NCBI RefSeq assembly: GCF_006345805.1 | Contig: NC_042997.1 | Location: 33,790,001-33,854,000, forward strand | DNA from: Octopus sinensis | Taxonomy: Eukaryota | Direction: 5' to 3' | Length of the DNA stretch: 64,000 bases | Part shown: piece after piece, positions 1-10,269 of the stretch | Position numbering within the stretch: the stretch's first letter is position 1 | Layout of the letters: each line of letters opens with the position of its first letter | Program-made: the position numbers and the translations under genes | Notes under the pieces: generated by a model | Databases searched by the model: none | What the model was told of the DNA's origin: nothing | What the model saw: only the letters and a program-made list of their open reading frames with translations

Positions 1-104
1 CTAACTTAATGATAACTAAGTTATTTTACTAAACTCTTTCTTATATTTAAAATAATTGAGAGAAAAACAGAGAATCTCAAAATAAATACAGTAATGAAAG
101 GATA
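1..104. mobile_element. Right half of a TTAA-type (piggyBac-like) MITE, same family as 56272-56492
   Basis: ctaacttaatgataactaagttattttactaaa...gtaatgaaagg matches the second half of the complete element at 56272-56492. Confidence 0.75.
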
Positions 105-168
105 GTGAAAGTATCTGACATAAAATAGAGAAATGTTTTTGTTTCACTTTTAACACGTAATACTGAAA

Positions 169-511
169 TAGTGGAGAAGATATGATATTGCTATGGGCTC
201 GCTCTAGGCAAGAAGTTGAACATTTTTTTTGCCCATGAAACTACATGGACCCTAAGTAAGGCATGTGTAAAATTTCGAATGAAATTGGTTGTGTAGTTCT
301 CAAGTTTTAGGGAATTGTAGTGGAGAAGATATGATATTGCTGTGTGCTCGCCCTAGGCAAAAAGTTAAAAAATTTTTTGGCGACGACACTTCTCAGACCC
401 TAAGTAAGGCATGTGTAAAATTTGAATGAAATTGGTTGTGTAGTTCTCAAGCTTTAGGGAAACACACAGACAGACAGACACACATTCTCAGTTTTATATA
501 TATATAGAGAT
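169..511 (+). mobile_element. 3' part of a non-autonomous Helitron-type element with an internal ~149-bp tandem duplication
   Basis: tagtggagaagatatgatattgct at 169 and 318; ends acagacagacacacattctcagttttatatatatatagagat like the other Helitron-type 3' ends here. Confidence 0.6.
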
Positions 512-1010
512 GGTATTTATTTTACTGTATCTGTTTATGAAAATAATCTAGTTACCAAGGGATGCAGCTTGATGCATCAGTTTTCACTGGTATATATATA
601 CATGCATGCACACTCTTTGGTTTTAACAAATATGAGAAAAAGTATGCAGTCCCAAAGGAGAATTTAATAGTTTACATAGGCTAATTCGGTAACCTGTTGC
701 TCTGGAGTTTCCTTTCTCGTGTTGATTTTTCAGACAGGAATAGACTGGATGATGGGGTGAAATATTACTGCAATGATGAATAGACTTGGACACATGACTG
801 GCTGAATTCACAAGCTGGTTTTTTGACTGGGGCGGTCAATCTAGGAAAACCACAAGATGAGGAAGTGAGAGAAAGGAATTACTTTAGTAATTCTTGGTAT
901 TGATCATCTCTCTTCCTTTCATGCTAAGCAGCCATTAGTCTGCTTGTGTGTATGCGTAGGTGTGTGTGTGTGTGTGTGTGTTAGAGATGGAGGGAGAGAA
1001 GAATTATTAT

Positions 1011-1500
1011 TTACCGATGCCAGCACCGCCTCGACTGGCTTCTGTGCCGGTGGCACATAAAAAGCACCATCTGAACGTGGCCGATGCCAGCACCGCCTCG
1101 ACTGGCTTCTGTGCCGGTGGCACATAAAAAGCACCATCCGAACGTGGCCGATGCCAGCACCGCCTCGACTGGCTTCTGTGCCGGTGGCACATAAAAAGCA
1201 CCATCCGAACGTGGCCGATGCCAGCACCGCCTCGACTGGCTTCTGTGCAGGTGGCACGTAAAAAGCACCAACTGATCGTGGCCGATGCCAGACCCCTCTG
1301 GCACCTGTGCAGGTGGCACGTAAAAAGCACCCACTACACTCGCGGAGTGGTTGGCGTTAGGAAGGGCATCCAGCTGTAGAAACACTGCCAGATCAGACTG
1401 GAGCCTGGAGCAGCCCCTGGCTTCCCAGACCCCGGTCGAACCGTCCAACCCGTGCTAGCGCGGAAAACGGATGTTAAACGATGATGATGATGATGATGAT
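1011..1500 (+). mobile_element. Family D non-autonomous RTE-related retroposon with four to five 67-bp tandem units and a (GAT)n tail
   Basis: gatgccagcacc at 1016, 1083, 1150, 1217 (period 67); shared 3' end ggcgttaggaagggcatccagctgtagaaac...cgttaaacgatgatgat. Confidence 0.85.
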
Positions 1501-1589
1501 GAAGCCTACCTTAACCTCCTGTTCCTGCTACCTTTTTCTTTTTCTTTTTGCCCACTTCTCATATCACTTCAGCTGGTGGCCTGTCATCA

Positions 1590-1655
1590 GCCTTCTGGCC
1601 TCCCAGACCCCAGTTGAACCGTCCAACCCATGCTAGCATGGAAAGCGGATGCTAA

Positions 1656-1686
<31 letters not shown>
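1590..1686 (+). mobile_element. Family D 3' tail fragment
   Basis: ccagaccccagttgaaccgtccaacccatgctagcatggaaagcggatgctaaa(tga)n. Confidence 0.8.
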
Positions 1687-1687
<1 letters not shown>

Positions 1688-1977
1688 ATAGTCTTTTGGT
1701 TTTTTTTTTGCTAAACCACTAAGTTATGGAGACATAAACAAACCATCAGAAGTTGTCAAGAAATGGTGGAGGATAAACACACACACACATACACACATAT
1801 GCACACACACACACACATGTATGTATTACATATTCGACCAGACTATCAGATGTTGTTATACATCGCTGGTCACAATACATTTTGCATTGTTTTAGCTTTT
1901 GATTGATGCCACCCTGTTGGCTAGGTGAGCAGGCCAACACTCCTCCAAATCAGAAGGTTAGTTCATTGCAAGGTTAC

Positions 1978-2118
1978 CCTTTTACAGCTGAGTGGACTGG
2001 AGCAATGTGAAATGAAGTGTTTTGCTCAAGAACACAATGCACCACCTGCTCTGGGAATTGAAACCATGATCTAGCAATTGGGAGTGCAACATCCTAACCA
2101 CGAGGCCATGTGCCCTTG
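1978..2118 (-). mobile_element. tRNA-derived SINE-F head and CORE-like segment
   Basis: Minus strand: A-box-like tggcctcgtggtt, B-box-like gtttcaattcc, then cttgagcaaaacacttcatttcacattgctccagtccactcagctg. Confidence 0.65.
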
Positions 2119-2465
2119 TATGTGCGCACACACACATGCACGCACGCACGCACACACGCACGCACACACACACACACACACACAAAATGGGTTTCTTTTA
2201 GTTTCTGTCTACCAAATCCACTAACAAAGCTTTGGTAGGCCTGGAGCTATAGTAGAAGGCACTTGCCTAAGGTGCCATGCTGTGGGTCTGAATCTGAAAC
2301 TTACTCCTATAAGTCACACCTGTACCTCTAAGCTATACCTGTGCCTGTTTTTCTGTTTCATCGTTATCTGTCTATTTTCCCCTCATCTTCCTTTAGTTCT
2401 CTCCTTCCTTTTTTCTATAATTTCTGTGTAAACTAACAATTTTATCTGAGCATGCATACACACTC

Positions 2466-2873
2466 TACTCTTTTACTCTTTTACTTGTTTCAGTCATTTG
2501 ACTGCGGCCATGCTGGAGCACCGCCTTTAGTGAGCAAATCGACCCCGGGACTTATTTTTGTAAGCCCAGTACTTATTTATCGGTCTATTTTGCCGAACCG
2601 CTAATGATGGGGACGTAAACACCCAGCATCGGTTGTCAAGCAATGCTAGGGGTACAAACACAGACACACAAACATATACACACACACTTATATATATATA
2701 TACATATATACGACAGGCTTCTTTCAGTTTCCGTCTACCAAATCCACTCACAAGGCATTGGTCGGCCCGGGGCTATAGCAGAAGACACTTGCCCAAGATG
2801 CCACGCAGTGGGACTGAACCCGGAACCATGTGGTTGGTAAGCAAGCTACTTACCACACAGCCACTCCTGCGCC
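2466..2873 (-). mobile_element. SINE-A, full length (~400 bp, tRNA-like head, (GTAAAAGA)n tail)
   Basis: Head ggcgcaggagtggctgtgtggt, B box ggttcagtccc, CORE-like cttgggcaagtgtctt, internal (TA/CA)n; at least 10 near-identical copies in the window. Confidence 0.9.
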
Positions 2874-2959
2874 ACGTGTATGTGTTTATTGTATGTATAC
2901 ACATGCTGCTAGCTGTTTTCATGCTCTTGCTTGATGGAGCTAGGGTCATTCCAAGTTTA

Positions 2960-3262
2960 GTGCTCTCAGAGGCATCATCATGCATAGAGCTGGCCAGGTC
3001 CACCAGTGCTCTCCATCACTGGCAGTCTCGTGCCAGCCCCTCTGCATCCTTCAAGGTGATGTCGAGCCTCTGTGAATCTTCACTAATCATGTCTAGCCAT
3101 CTGGTGTGGAGCTTGCCATTAGGCCTCTTCCAGCCCACAGCTGCTGTGTTGATTGAGAGTAAAGCCTTGGTAGAATGATCTAGTGGGAGACGGAGGACAT
3201 GTCCGTATCAGCGCATGTGATGGATAGCTATGAGGTAGGAGACTGCTGGCTGATACATGCAT
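2960..3262 (-). pseudogene. RTE-clade LINE ORF C-terminal relic
   Basis: Minus frame MYQPAVSYLIAIHHMR*YGHVLRLPLDHSTKALLSINTAAVGWKRPNGKLHTRWLDMISEDSQRLDITLKDAEGLARDCQ*WRALV matches the RTE W-GHV-R...WKRPRGRP-TRW...DR-W pattern, with in-frame stops. Confidence 0.8.
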
Positions 3263-3407
3263 GCAATTCTTTCTTGGAAGCATGATGGCACTATCTAATG
3301 TTCTTGAAACCATTAATCCTTTTAGCCAGGGTCTTTGAAAGGGGCCAGTTTTCTGTTCTATAGAATGTTTTTGGATATGTATTTGTGTATGTGTTTTATA
3401 TATATAT

Positions 3408-3757
3408 CATCATCATCATCATTTTGTGTCCGCTTACCATGCTAGCATGGGTTGGATGGTTTGACTGAGGACTGGCACTGCACCAGGCTCCAATCTGTTC
3501 TGGCAGAGTTTCTACAGCTGGATGCCCTTCCTAACGCCAACCACTCTGAGAGTGTATTGGGTGCTTTTTACGTGCCATCAGCACAAGGGCCAGTCAGGAG
3601 GTACTGGCAATGGCCACGCTCAAATGGTGTTTTTTATGTGCCACCTGCACAGGAGTCAGTACAGCAGCACTGGCAACGACCTTGCTCGGATGTTTTGTTC
3701 ATGTCAGTAAGGCGATGCTGGTAACGATCACGCTCAAATGGTGCTTTTTACGTGCCA
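3408..3757 (-). mobile_element. Family D copy, older
   Basis: (cat)n tail; ggatgcccttcctaacgccaaccactc; three degenerate ggtgctttttacgtgcc units. Confidence 0.85.
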
Positions 3758-3861
3758 TATATATATATATATATATGCACGCATATATTTATACCATGTT
3801 ATTTATGTGCACTTATATTGCAGATTCAGCCAAGCATGTTCACTTCATTTTTTTTTTCCAG

Positions 3862-4064
3862 TTTATCAAGTCCTCTGTATTCAGGATTGCAGTTCCAACA
3901 CAAATGTCACAGAATCTGCCTATCACTCTAAAGGAAACAACCTTTGTTGCCAGCAGCAGTAGTACCTCTCTGAACGTTCTCCAACCCATTCTTCTTCTAG
4001 CTGTTATACTTTTAGAGCAACCATCCTCCCTACATATTACATCTCCTGTGAGCCATCTTGGCAT
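3862..4064 (-). pseudogene. RTE-clade reverse transcriptase thumb-region relic
   Basis: GDVICREDGCSKSITARRRMGWRTFREVLLLLATKVVSFRVIGRFCDICVGTAIL resembles the RTE consensus YLGD...GG...I-ARI--GW-KFREL...L---KG-LY--CVR--MLYGSETW. Confidence 0.8.
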
Positions 4065-4289
4065 TTAAGCTAATCTATTTCTGCTGTACTTATAGTATGT
4101 ATTGCTGCAGTGCATCGATCACATATGAAGCTCATGTTCTGTTAGTCTTAAATGGGTATGTTTAAGACTAAAAGTCGAGGAAAGCTATTTCCTTGAAGAT
4201 AGCCAGGTCTAGTCTTTTTCCTACTTATTAAAACCTTTGCCTTTTGCTTAGTTTGCCTTAATACCTCTTGATTCTAAGTTTAGCTTAAA

Positions 4290-5368
4290 ACTTGCGGAAG
4301 AGGGAGAACCAGAAAGACATGGGACAAAATACTGAAGACCAATTTCAAGATGCTGAGCCTTATGAAGGAGATGACAAAGGAGCGAGATATGTGGCACCTT
4401 GCTGTACTCAAGAAGACCCAGCCACCATATTAGAATTGATACCCTAAAACACCTGGGAGGAACTCTGCCCTACATCCACCAGCATCCTCTGTACCCCATC
4501 AACCATTTCCCCCCATTTTTCATCCCCACAAGACCCATCACATCTCTATCACCTGAGAGCAAAATAGGTGCATGCTACGACCCCCTACTTTCTCAGTTAC
4601 CTCCTTCCCCACCCTGGACCTCTTCCATCTCCCATTATCTTCTCCCATCTACTGTTTCCACCTGTCACCTGCTTTCTGTGCCTTTTCCCCCCCTCTGTTG
4701 TTCTCCACCATTAACACCTTGCTTATCTGCTTTCGCCTTCAATGCCCCCACGCACCTACCTCAACCCCTGACCCTGAGCCTGTTCTATATTTCACTCCAT
4801 AATTTCCCTCAGTCACTTCTATCCCACCCAGTCCAAACCTCTTTATCACCCCACTTATTCTCACCACCCTCAATGTCCCTTGAGGTCATGTCCCAACTTC
4901 TTAGTCATCATCCCTCTCACTATTGCTCTCTTTATCATACTCTCTAACTCACCTTCCTTTTTCTTTCAACAGGTGTGTTCATGTATCTACTCTACATGAC
5001 ACCTATCCCCGTCCCTCTATACCTCTAATCTCTCATCAACTGGTACAAAAAGCCACCCCCACCCTTACTATCACTCTGTCCTCCCGGCCGAGGATTTTTT
5101 GCCTGTAAGTTACTTGGTGACCCTGTTGATGCAGGTGCTACGTAAAAAGTACTGGTGCTGTTGTCATATAAAAGCATTGATGCTGGTACCACAAAAAAAG
5201 CACCTGATGTTCTTTGTAAAGTGATTGGTATCAGGAAGGGCACCTGGCCATAGAGACAAAGCCAAAACTGACTATAGAGCCTGGTGCAGTTCCTGGTTTT
5301 ACCAGCTCCTGTCAAACTGTCGAACCCATGCCAGCATGGAAAACTGATGTTAAATGGTGATGAGGATA
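4290..5368 (+). mobile_element. 3' end of an RTE LINE: ORF C-terminus, ~900-nt pyrimidine-rich 3' UTR, family-D tail
   Basis: RGRTRKTWDKILKTNFKMLSLMKEMTKERDMWHLAVLKKT at ~4299-4418, then a C/T-rich UTR ending in a degenerate D tail (aggaagggcacc...cccatgccagcatggaaaactgatgttaaa). Confidence 0.7.
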
Positions 5369-5402
5369 CAATATATGTGTGTGTGTGTGTATATATATAT
5401 AT

Positions 5403-5450
<48 letters not shown>

Positions 5451-5564
5451 CACACACACACACACATACGTACACATTATCAGGAGTGACAGTTGGAAGA
5501 AAATATTGATTTCTTTCATTTATGTAATATCAATTTTTGAAGGTACAGCAAATATAGTTGATTG

Positions 5565-5710
5565 AATTGTTTTCTCCCCAGTACCACTTAGTAAATATAT
5601 TACTAGTATATATATTTTATTAACTCTGGAAGGATAAAAGGCAAAATCAACCCTGTGTGATTCGAATCAGAATCTACAGGGGACGACGTAATTTACTTCA
5701 AGGCATTTAA
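5565..5710 (-). mobile_element. Degenerate SINE-B fragment
   Basis: ggaaggataaaaggcaaaatcaacc...ttcgaatcagaat resembles the reverse complement of the SINE-B body. Confidence 0.55.
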
Positions 5711-6437
5711 TTCAATAAAAACCTAGAAGGAAACGAAAAAAATTATGGTATATGTGTTTGCCGTAGGGACCTGTTGCTGCATTGACTCTTTCTGACCAAA
5801 ACAACTGGTCTCTTTGAATTTTAGTGATTATATTTTAGTTCATGCTTTTTGTTTTTTACTAACAGAATACTACAAAGGATATTTTTAATATTTTAATGTG
5901 AAAGGGCAGTGTATTAGCAAAATTGGTACAATGGTTGTTAAAAATGGTTGTTAAAATGCCTTGTGAGATTTAGTTGCCTCTTTTACATTTTGAGTTCAAA
6001 TCTTACTGTAGTTGACTTGGGCCTTTAATTTTTTTTTTTGTTTTGCATGGGTGTATGGTGTCTGATAGAATAAGTACCAGTCATATACTAGAGTTGATAA
6101 TATTGACTACTAGCAGCTGTACCTGAGCTGGACCCAGGTTTGTTGGTACCTAATATACAAATGAGTAGACAAGTGAAAGAAAAGGGCACTCAACACATTT
6201 AATAGGAGTTATATATATTATTCAAAACACTTTGATTCGATTCCATACAGCCTCAGGTTTTGCAGGCTTTCAACAGAAGCCAATCTGGGTTTAGATTACA
6301 GAATGGAGAGATACAGGAAATCCATGATGGCTACAGGAAGATAGGCTTCTGTTGGTTAAGGCAGGTCACATAGTGTTGTCAAAGAATATCAGTTGCTTAG
6401 CGACTGTAGTTCCTTTAGAAAGTGGAATTTATATATA

Positions 6438-6832
6438 TACTAGCAGTATCACCCGGCGTTGCTCAGGTTTGTAAGGGAACTAACTATATAAGCATTTTTA
6501 GAGATGTAAAGTATAATAGCCATCTCAATATGGCTAACCACAAAGGGGGTGTTACTGTAGCTTTTTACGTTCTGAGATTTAATAATACATTTTTAGAGAG
6601 TTACTTCCCTTATATAATAGCAAAAAAAAGGATTAAAAATGAGAAAAAATGATGGTAAATTTTTTTTTAAATCGTAGACTCATCATAGACGCGCGCTAAT
6701 ACCCAGAAGGGCTCGATATGAATCACGACTATAAGATACCCGCTTTTGGTTACACTGCACCGCAAAATGTGGGAGTAGTTAGGAATCTAAATCGTAGGAG
6801 ACAGACACACAACTTCACTTTTATATATAAAA
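6438..6832 (+). mobile_element. Non-autonomous Helitron-type element
   Basis: 5' tactagcagtatcacccggcgttgctcagg (hairpin); 3' gagacagacacacaacttcacttttatatata; homologous to 14323-14726. Confidence 0.75.
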
Positions 6833-6866
6833 ATATATATATATGTGTGTGTATGTGTGTGTGTGT

Positions 6867-7168
6867 GGAGGCGCAATAGCCCAGTGGTTAGGGCAGTGGA
6901 CTTGCGATTGTAGGATCGTGGTTTTGATTCTCAGACCGGGCATTCTGAATGTTTATGGAGTGAAAACACCTAAAGCTCCATGAGGCTCCGGCAGGGGGTG
7001 GTGGTGATCCCTGCTGTACTCTTACGCCACAGCTTTCTCTCATTCTTTCTTCTGTTGGCCTTCTCACTTAGCCAGCAGGGTGACGTCATCTGAAGGCTAA
7101 AACAATGCAAAGTGCAATGTGACCAGCGATGTGGAACCACATCTGATAGCCTGGTCAATCACGGTGAT
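6867..7168 (+). mobile_element. SINE-C (~300 bp, tRNA-like head)
   Basis: ggaggcgcaatagcccagtggttagggcag (A box), gttttgattc (B-box-like), end ggtcaatcacggtgatatata; copies at 48516 and 50571. Confidence 0.85.
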
Positions 7169-7422
7169 ATATATATATAAAGTTTTAATTAAAGATTAGA
7201 TTTAAATTTAAAATGTGTTTTGGGCATGTCCCTAGGAGTATGCCAGCAAAGTATGTTCACTGCTTATGGCTACCTGGCATCATCCACGGTAATTGCACAA
7301 TCATTGCTGGATCTATGTGAGGAATTCCGCAGTGCATGTTGAATATAGTAGAAACAACTGATATGGAAAATAGAATGCACTGGAAATGTTATCACAACAA
7401 TACAATGAATTTCAATGCACAA

Positions 7423-7603
7423 TGCACCCACTACACTCGCGGAGTGGTTGGCGTTAGGAAGGGCATCCAGCTATAGAAACTCTGCCAGATCAGACTGGAG
7501 CCTGGTGCAGCCCCTGGCTTCCCAGACCCCGGTCGAACCGTCCAACCCGTGCTAGCGCGGAAAACGGGCGTTAAACGATGATGATGATGATGATGATGAT
7601 GAT
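7423..7603 (+). mobile_element. Family D 3' portion, young
   Basis: Near identical to 1327-1500, with a (GAT)n tail. Confidence 0.9.
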
Positions 7604-8044
7604 GAAACCAAGTTCTATCCCCTGAAGAGTAGCACTGGGTAGTTTTTCTACCTGGTCAGCTTCTACCTATGCATGTATGGAAGATGGACATTAAATGATG
7701 ATGATGATTATATGTGTGTGTATGGTTTTGATTACAAGAGATTGAGGCATATGAGAGTGAAGCATTCCTCAAATTAGTGAGACAGAATGATGCAAAACAA
7801 TTAAGTAGTCTATTATCATAGCACAGAATGCATTGATGAAGGCCAGTTCACTGTTGTTTGGTAATCCACAACTGTCAATATTATCCATAAACCTCCCCTG
7901 ATGAATGGAACCTTAAGCATGTCATAAAAACAACAAAAACAAATGATTAGGTTATCTGGTATTGCTACAAAACAGTCCCACAGTAAAACAGACCCACAGA
8001 CTTTTCAGTAGAAGTTTTTATTGTCATGTAAGCATTGTACTGTA

Positions 8045-8207
8045 AGATATGCAGTATGCACAACATCCATAAAATTATGTAATATGTTATGCAGCTCTCA
8101 ACTCATCAGGCTAACCTAATAAACATGTCACTGCTGCTTGTTTATTTGCTTAGCCTGATGAGAGTTGCATAATGTAATCTTATTGATGTGGTGCATACTG
8201 CATATCT
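8045..8207. repeat. Imperfect foldback with a CTGATGA hammerhead half-core (probable Penelope-like pLTR relic)
   Basis: agatatgcagtatgcac...ctcatcaggctaa..taataaaca and tgtttatt..ttagcctgatgagag...gtgcatactgcatatct; 13-nt loop. Confidence 0.6.
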
Positions 8208-8309
8208 GAATGTGCTATACTTATGTCACAGTAAAGACTCTTAATGAAACGATTGTAATGATTGTAGATAACCCATTTGTCTGTTTTTACCATATATACA
8301 TGTATATAC

Positions 8310-8523
8310 TCTTTTACTATTTTACTTGTTTCAGTCATTTGACTGCAGCCATGCTGGAGCACCACCTTTAGTCGAGCAAATTGACCCCGGGACTTATTCT
8401 TTGTAAGCCCAGTACTTATTCTATCGGTCTCTTTTGCCGAACCGCTAAGTGACGGGGACGTAGACACACCAGCATCGGTTGTCAAGCAATGCCAGGGGGA
8501 CAAACACAGACACACAAACACAT

Positions 8524-8568
<45 letters not shown>

Positions 8569-8729
8569 TATGACAGGCTTCTTTCAGTTTCTGTCTACCA
8601 AATCCACTCACAAGGCATTGGTCAGCTCGGGGCTATAGCAGAAGACACTTGCCCAAGATGCCACGCAGTAGGACTGAACCCGGAACCATGTGGTTGGTTA
8701 GCAAGCTACTTACCACACAGCCACTCCTG
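8310..8729 (-). mobile_element. SINE-A
   Basis: Same body as 2466-2873. Confidence 0.9.
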
Positions 8730-8756
8730 TTTTTAATAAAAAATATATAATGTCTA

Positions 8757-8912
8757 TTTTCCAAGCTGGCATGGGCTGGATGATTTGACTGAGGGCTAGC
8801 AGGCCAGAAGGCTGCACCAGGCTCCAATCTGATCTGGCAAAGTTTCTACGGTTGGATGCCCTTCCTAACACCAACCACTCTGAGAGTGTAGTGGGTGCTT
8901 TTTACGTGCTAC
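8757..8912 (-). mobile_element. Family D fragment
   Basis: ggatgcccttcctaacaccaaccactctgagagtgtagtgggtgctttttacgtgc. Confidence 0.8.
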
Positions 8913-9368
8913 CAGAGAGTGGAGTGAGCAAGTTTTTATTGCATAAATTTAGAATTGTTTCATCAACATTTGAACCTGGGAGTTTTGCTACATTATTATA
9001 TAATATATACAACTATAGACTTAAGCTGTCGCATTATATCAATACATTTGAATGTCGATTCATCAGAATCATGTATACCTGAATGAAGTCGATATGTATT
9101 TATATATTTTAATTGAGTACCACATACCACTTTCTTTCATTTGTTCACTCACTTGTGTGTGTGTGTATATATATATATACATTCATATATATATATATAT
9201 ATATATATGTCCATGTTTGTATGATTATGTGTAGAAAAATATATTAATCAGTGAAATTCTAACTTAGTCTGATTTTCATGTTTTACTATTTGCAATTTTA
9301 AAATATTGAAATAAACTAGTACTTTCATGCATTAAGCAATCATCATCAACTTTGTGTGTGTGGTGTGT

Positions 9369-9423
<55 letters not shown>

Positions 9424-9825
9424 TCAAAATAAGCAACAAGAATGACTCTGGTAATTTGGTATGATCGTTTTGTACTACATCATTTTATTAAATGTTGTAA
9501 GTATTACAACTGTTTAAAAATGCTAACCACTCACCAACCAATTATAAAGGTTTTCTATTAATACAAAAATTCTCATATCAATTTTTGTATTAATGGAAAA
9601 CCTCTATAATTGGCTGATGAGTGCTTAGCATTTTAAAACTGTTGTGATACTTACAACATTTAATAAAATGATGTAGTACAAAACGATCGTACCAAATTAC
9701 CGGAGTCATTCTTGTTGCTTATTTTGATTATAATCACCCCACGGATTTATATGGATAACACCATACAGAATTCTGGTGCATCTAAATTAAGTACCATATT
9801 CATTTGAATCTAAAATTTTTCTGAA

Positions 9826-9828
<3 letters not shown>
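9424..9828 (+). mobile_element. Penelope-like pLTR-type element: 148-bp inverted arms plus extension, inside (TA)n, with a decayed hammerhead core
   Basis: Arms 9424-9571 and 9580-9727, ~10 mismatches, 8-nt loop; ggCTGATGAgtgcttagcattttAAAAC at ~9612-9639; flanked by TA tracts 9372-9422 and 9829-9864. Confidence 0.7.
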
Positions 9829-9867
<39 letters not shown>

Positions 9868-10056
9868 CAAACAGACACACACACACACACATTCGTGTGG
9901 TAGTCTTTTGGTCTTTACTACCTTCCTGCTTCATTCTAGTTGATTCCAGCTGGAAAAATCACTCCTCTTTCTGTTGAACAATTCCCAACCCGTACAAAAT
10001 TCTGAAGTGTAACTTAAACACCAACAAGGGGGAAATTGCCATATTCATGGTGACCA

Positions 10057-10269
10057 TCACACCTCTGTTGTGTTTGGACTAAAATAAAATGAAGAGCCAA
10101 GGCATGGGTATGCTCCAACTGAGCTGGAATCCTCTTTATTTTGAATAAACTGTTTTAAAAAGATGAAGACAATCTTCAATTCATCTAGAATTGTTACATC
10201 CATATCAACGTTCAACTTGAGCATGATTTTTTGTTTCAAAATACTGTTCTTATCTAAGTAGTTACACAA
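10057..10269 (-). pseudogene. Possible hAT-transposase relic
   Basis: LDELKIVFIFLKQFIQNKEDSSSVGAYPCLG resembles the hAT L--l--FL-PF---T--LS----PT motif; an hAT-like end ggtgagagaccactgctgta lies at ~10475-10494; similarity judged by eye only. Confidence 0.3.

Noticed and set aside
620-900. Protein-like plus frame and splice-like sites at 733 and 866
   Set aside because: All three frames of the 132-nt candidate exon contain stops, and no motif was recognised; the minus-strand 62-aa ORF is also unsupported
2466-2873. Functional tRNA genes at SINE heads (A, B, C, E, F)
   Set aside because: A and B boxes are present, but I could not build a complete cloverleaf and each head runs into a repeated SINE body
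3861-4068. Plus-strand terminal exon with a strong acceptor and GPI-like tail (SSSSTSLNVLQPILLLAVILL)
   Set aside because: The minus strand of the same bases is a clear RTE reverse-transcriptase relic, which explains the open frame
7236-7288. 53-nt ag/gt-bounded segment open in three frames
   Set aside because: Too short and uninformative; the acceptor is weak and no homology was recognised
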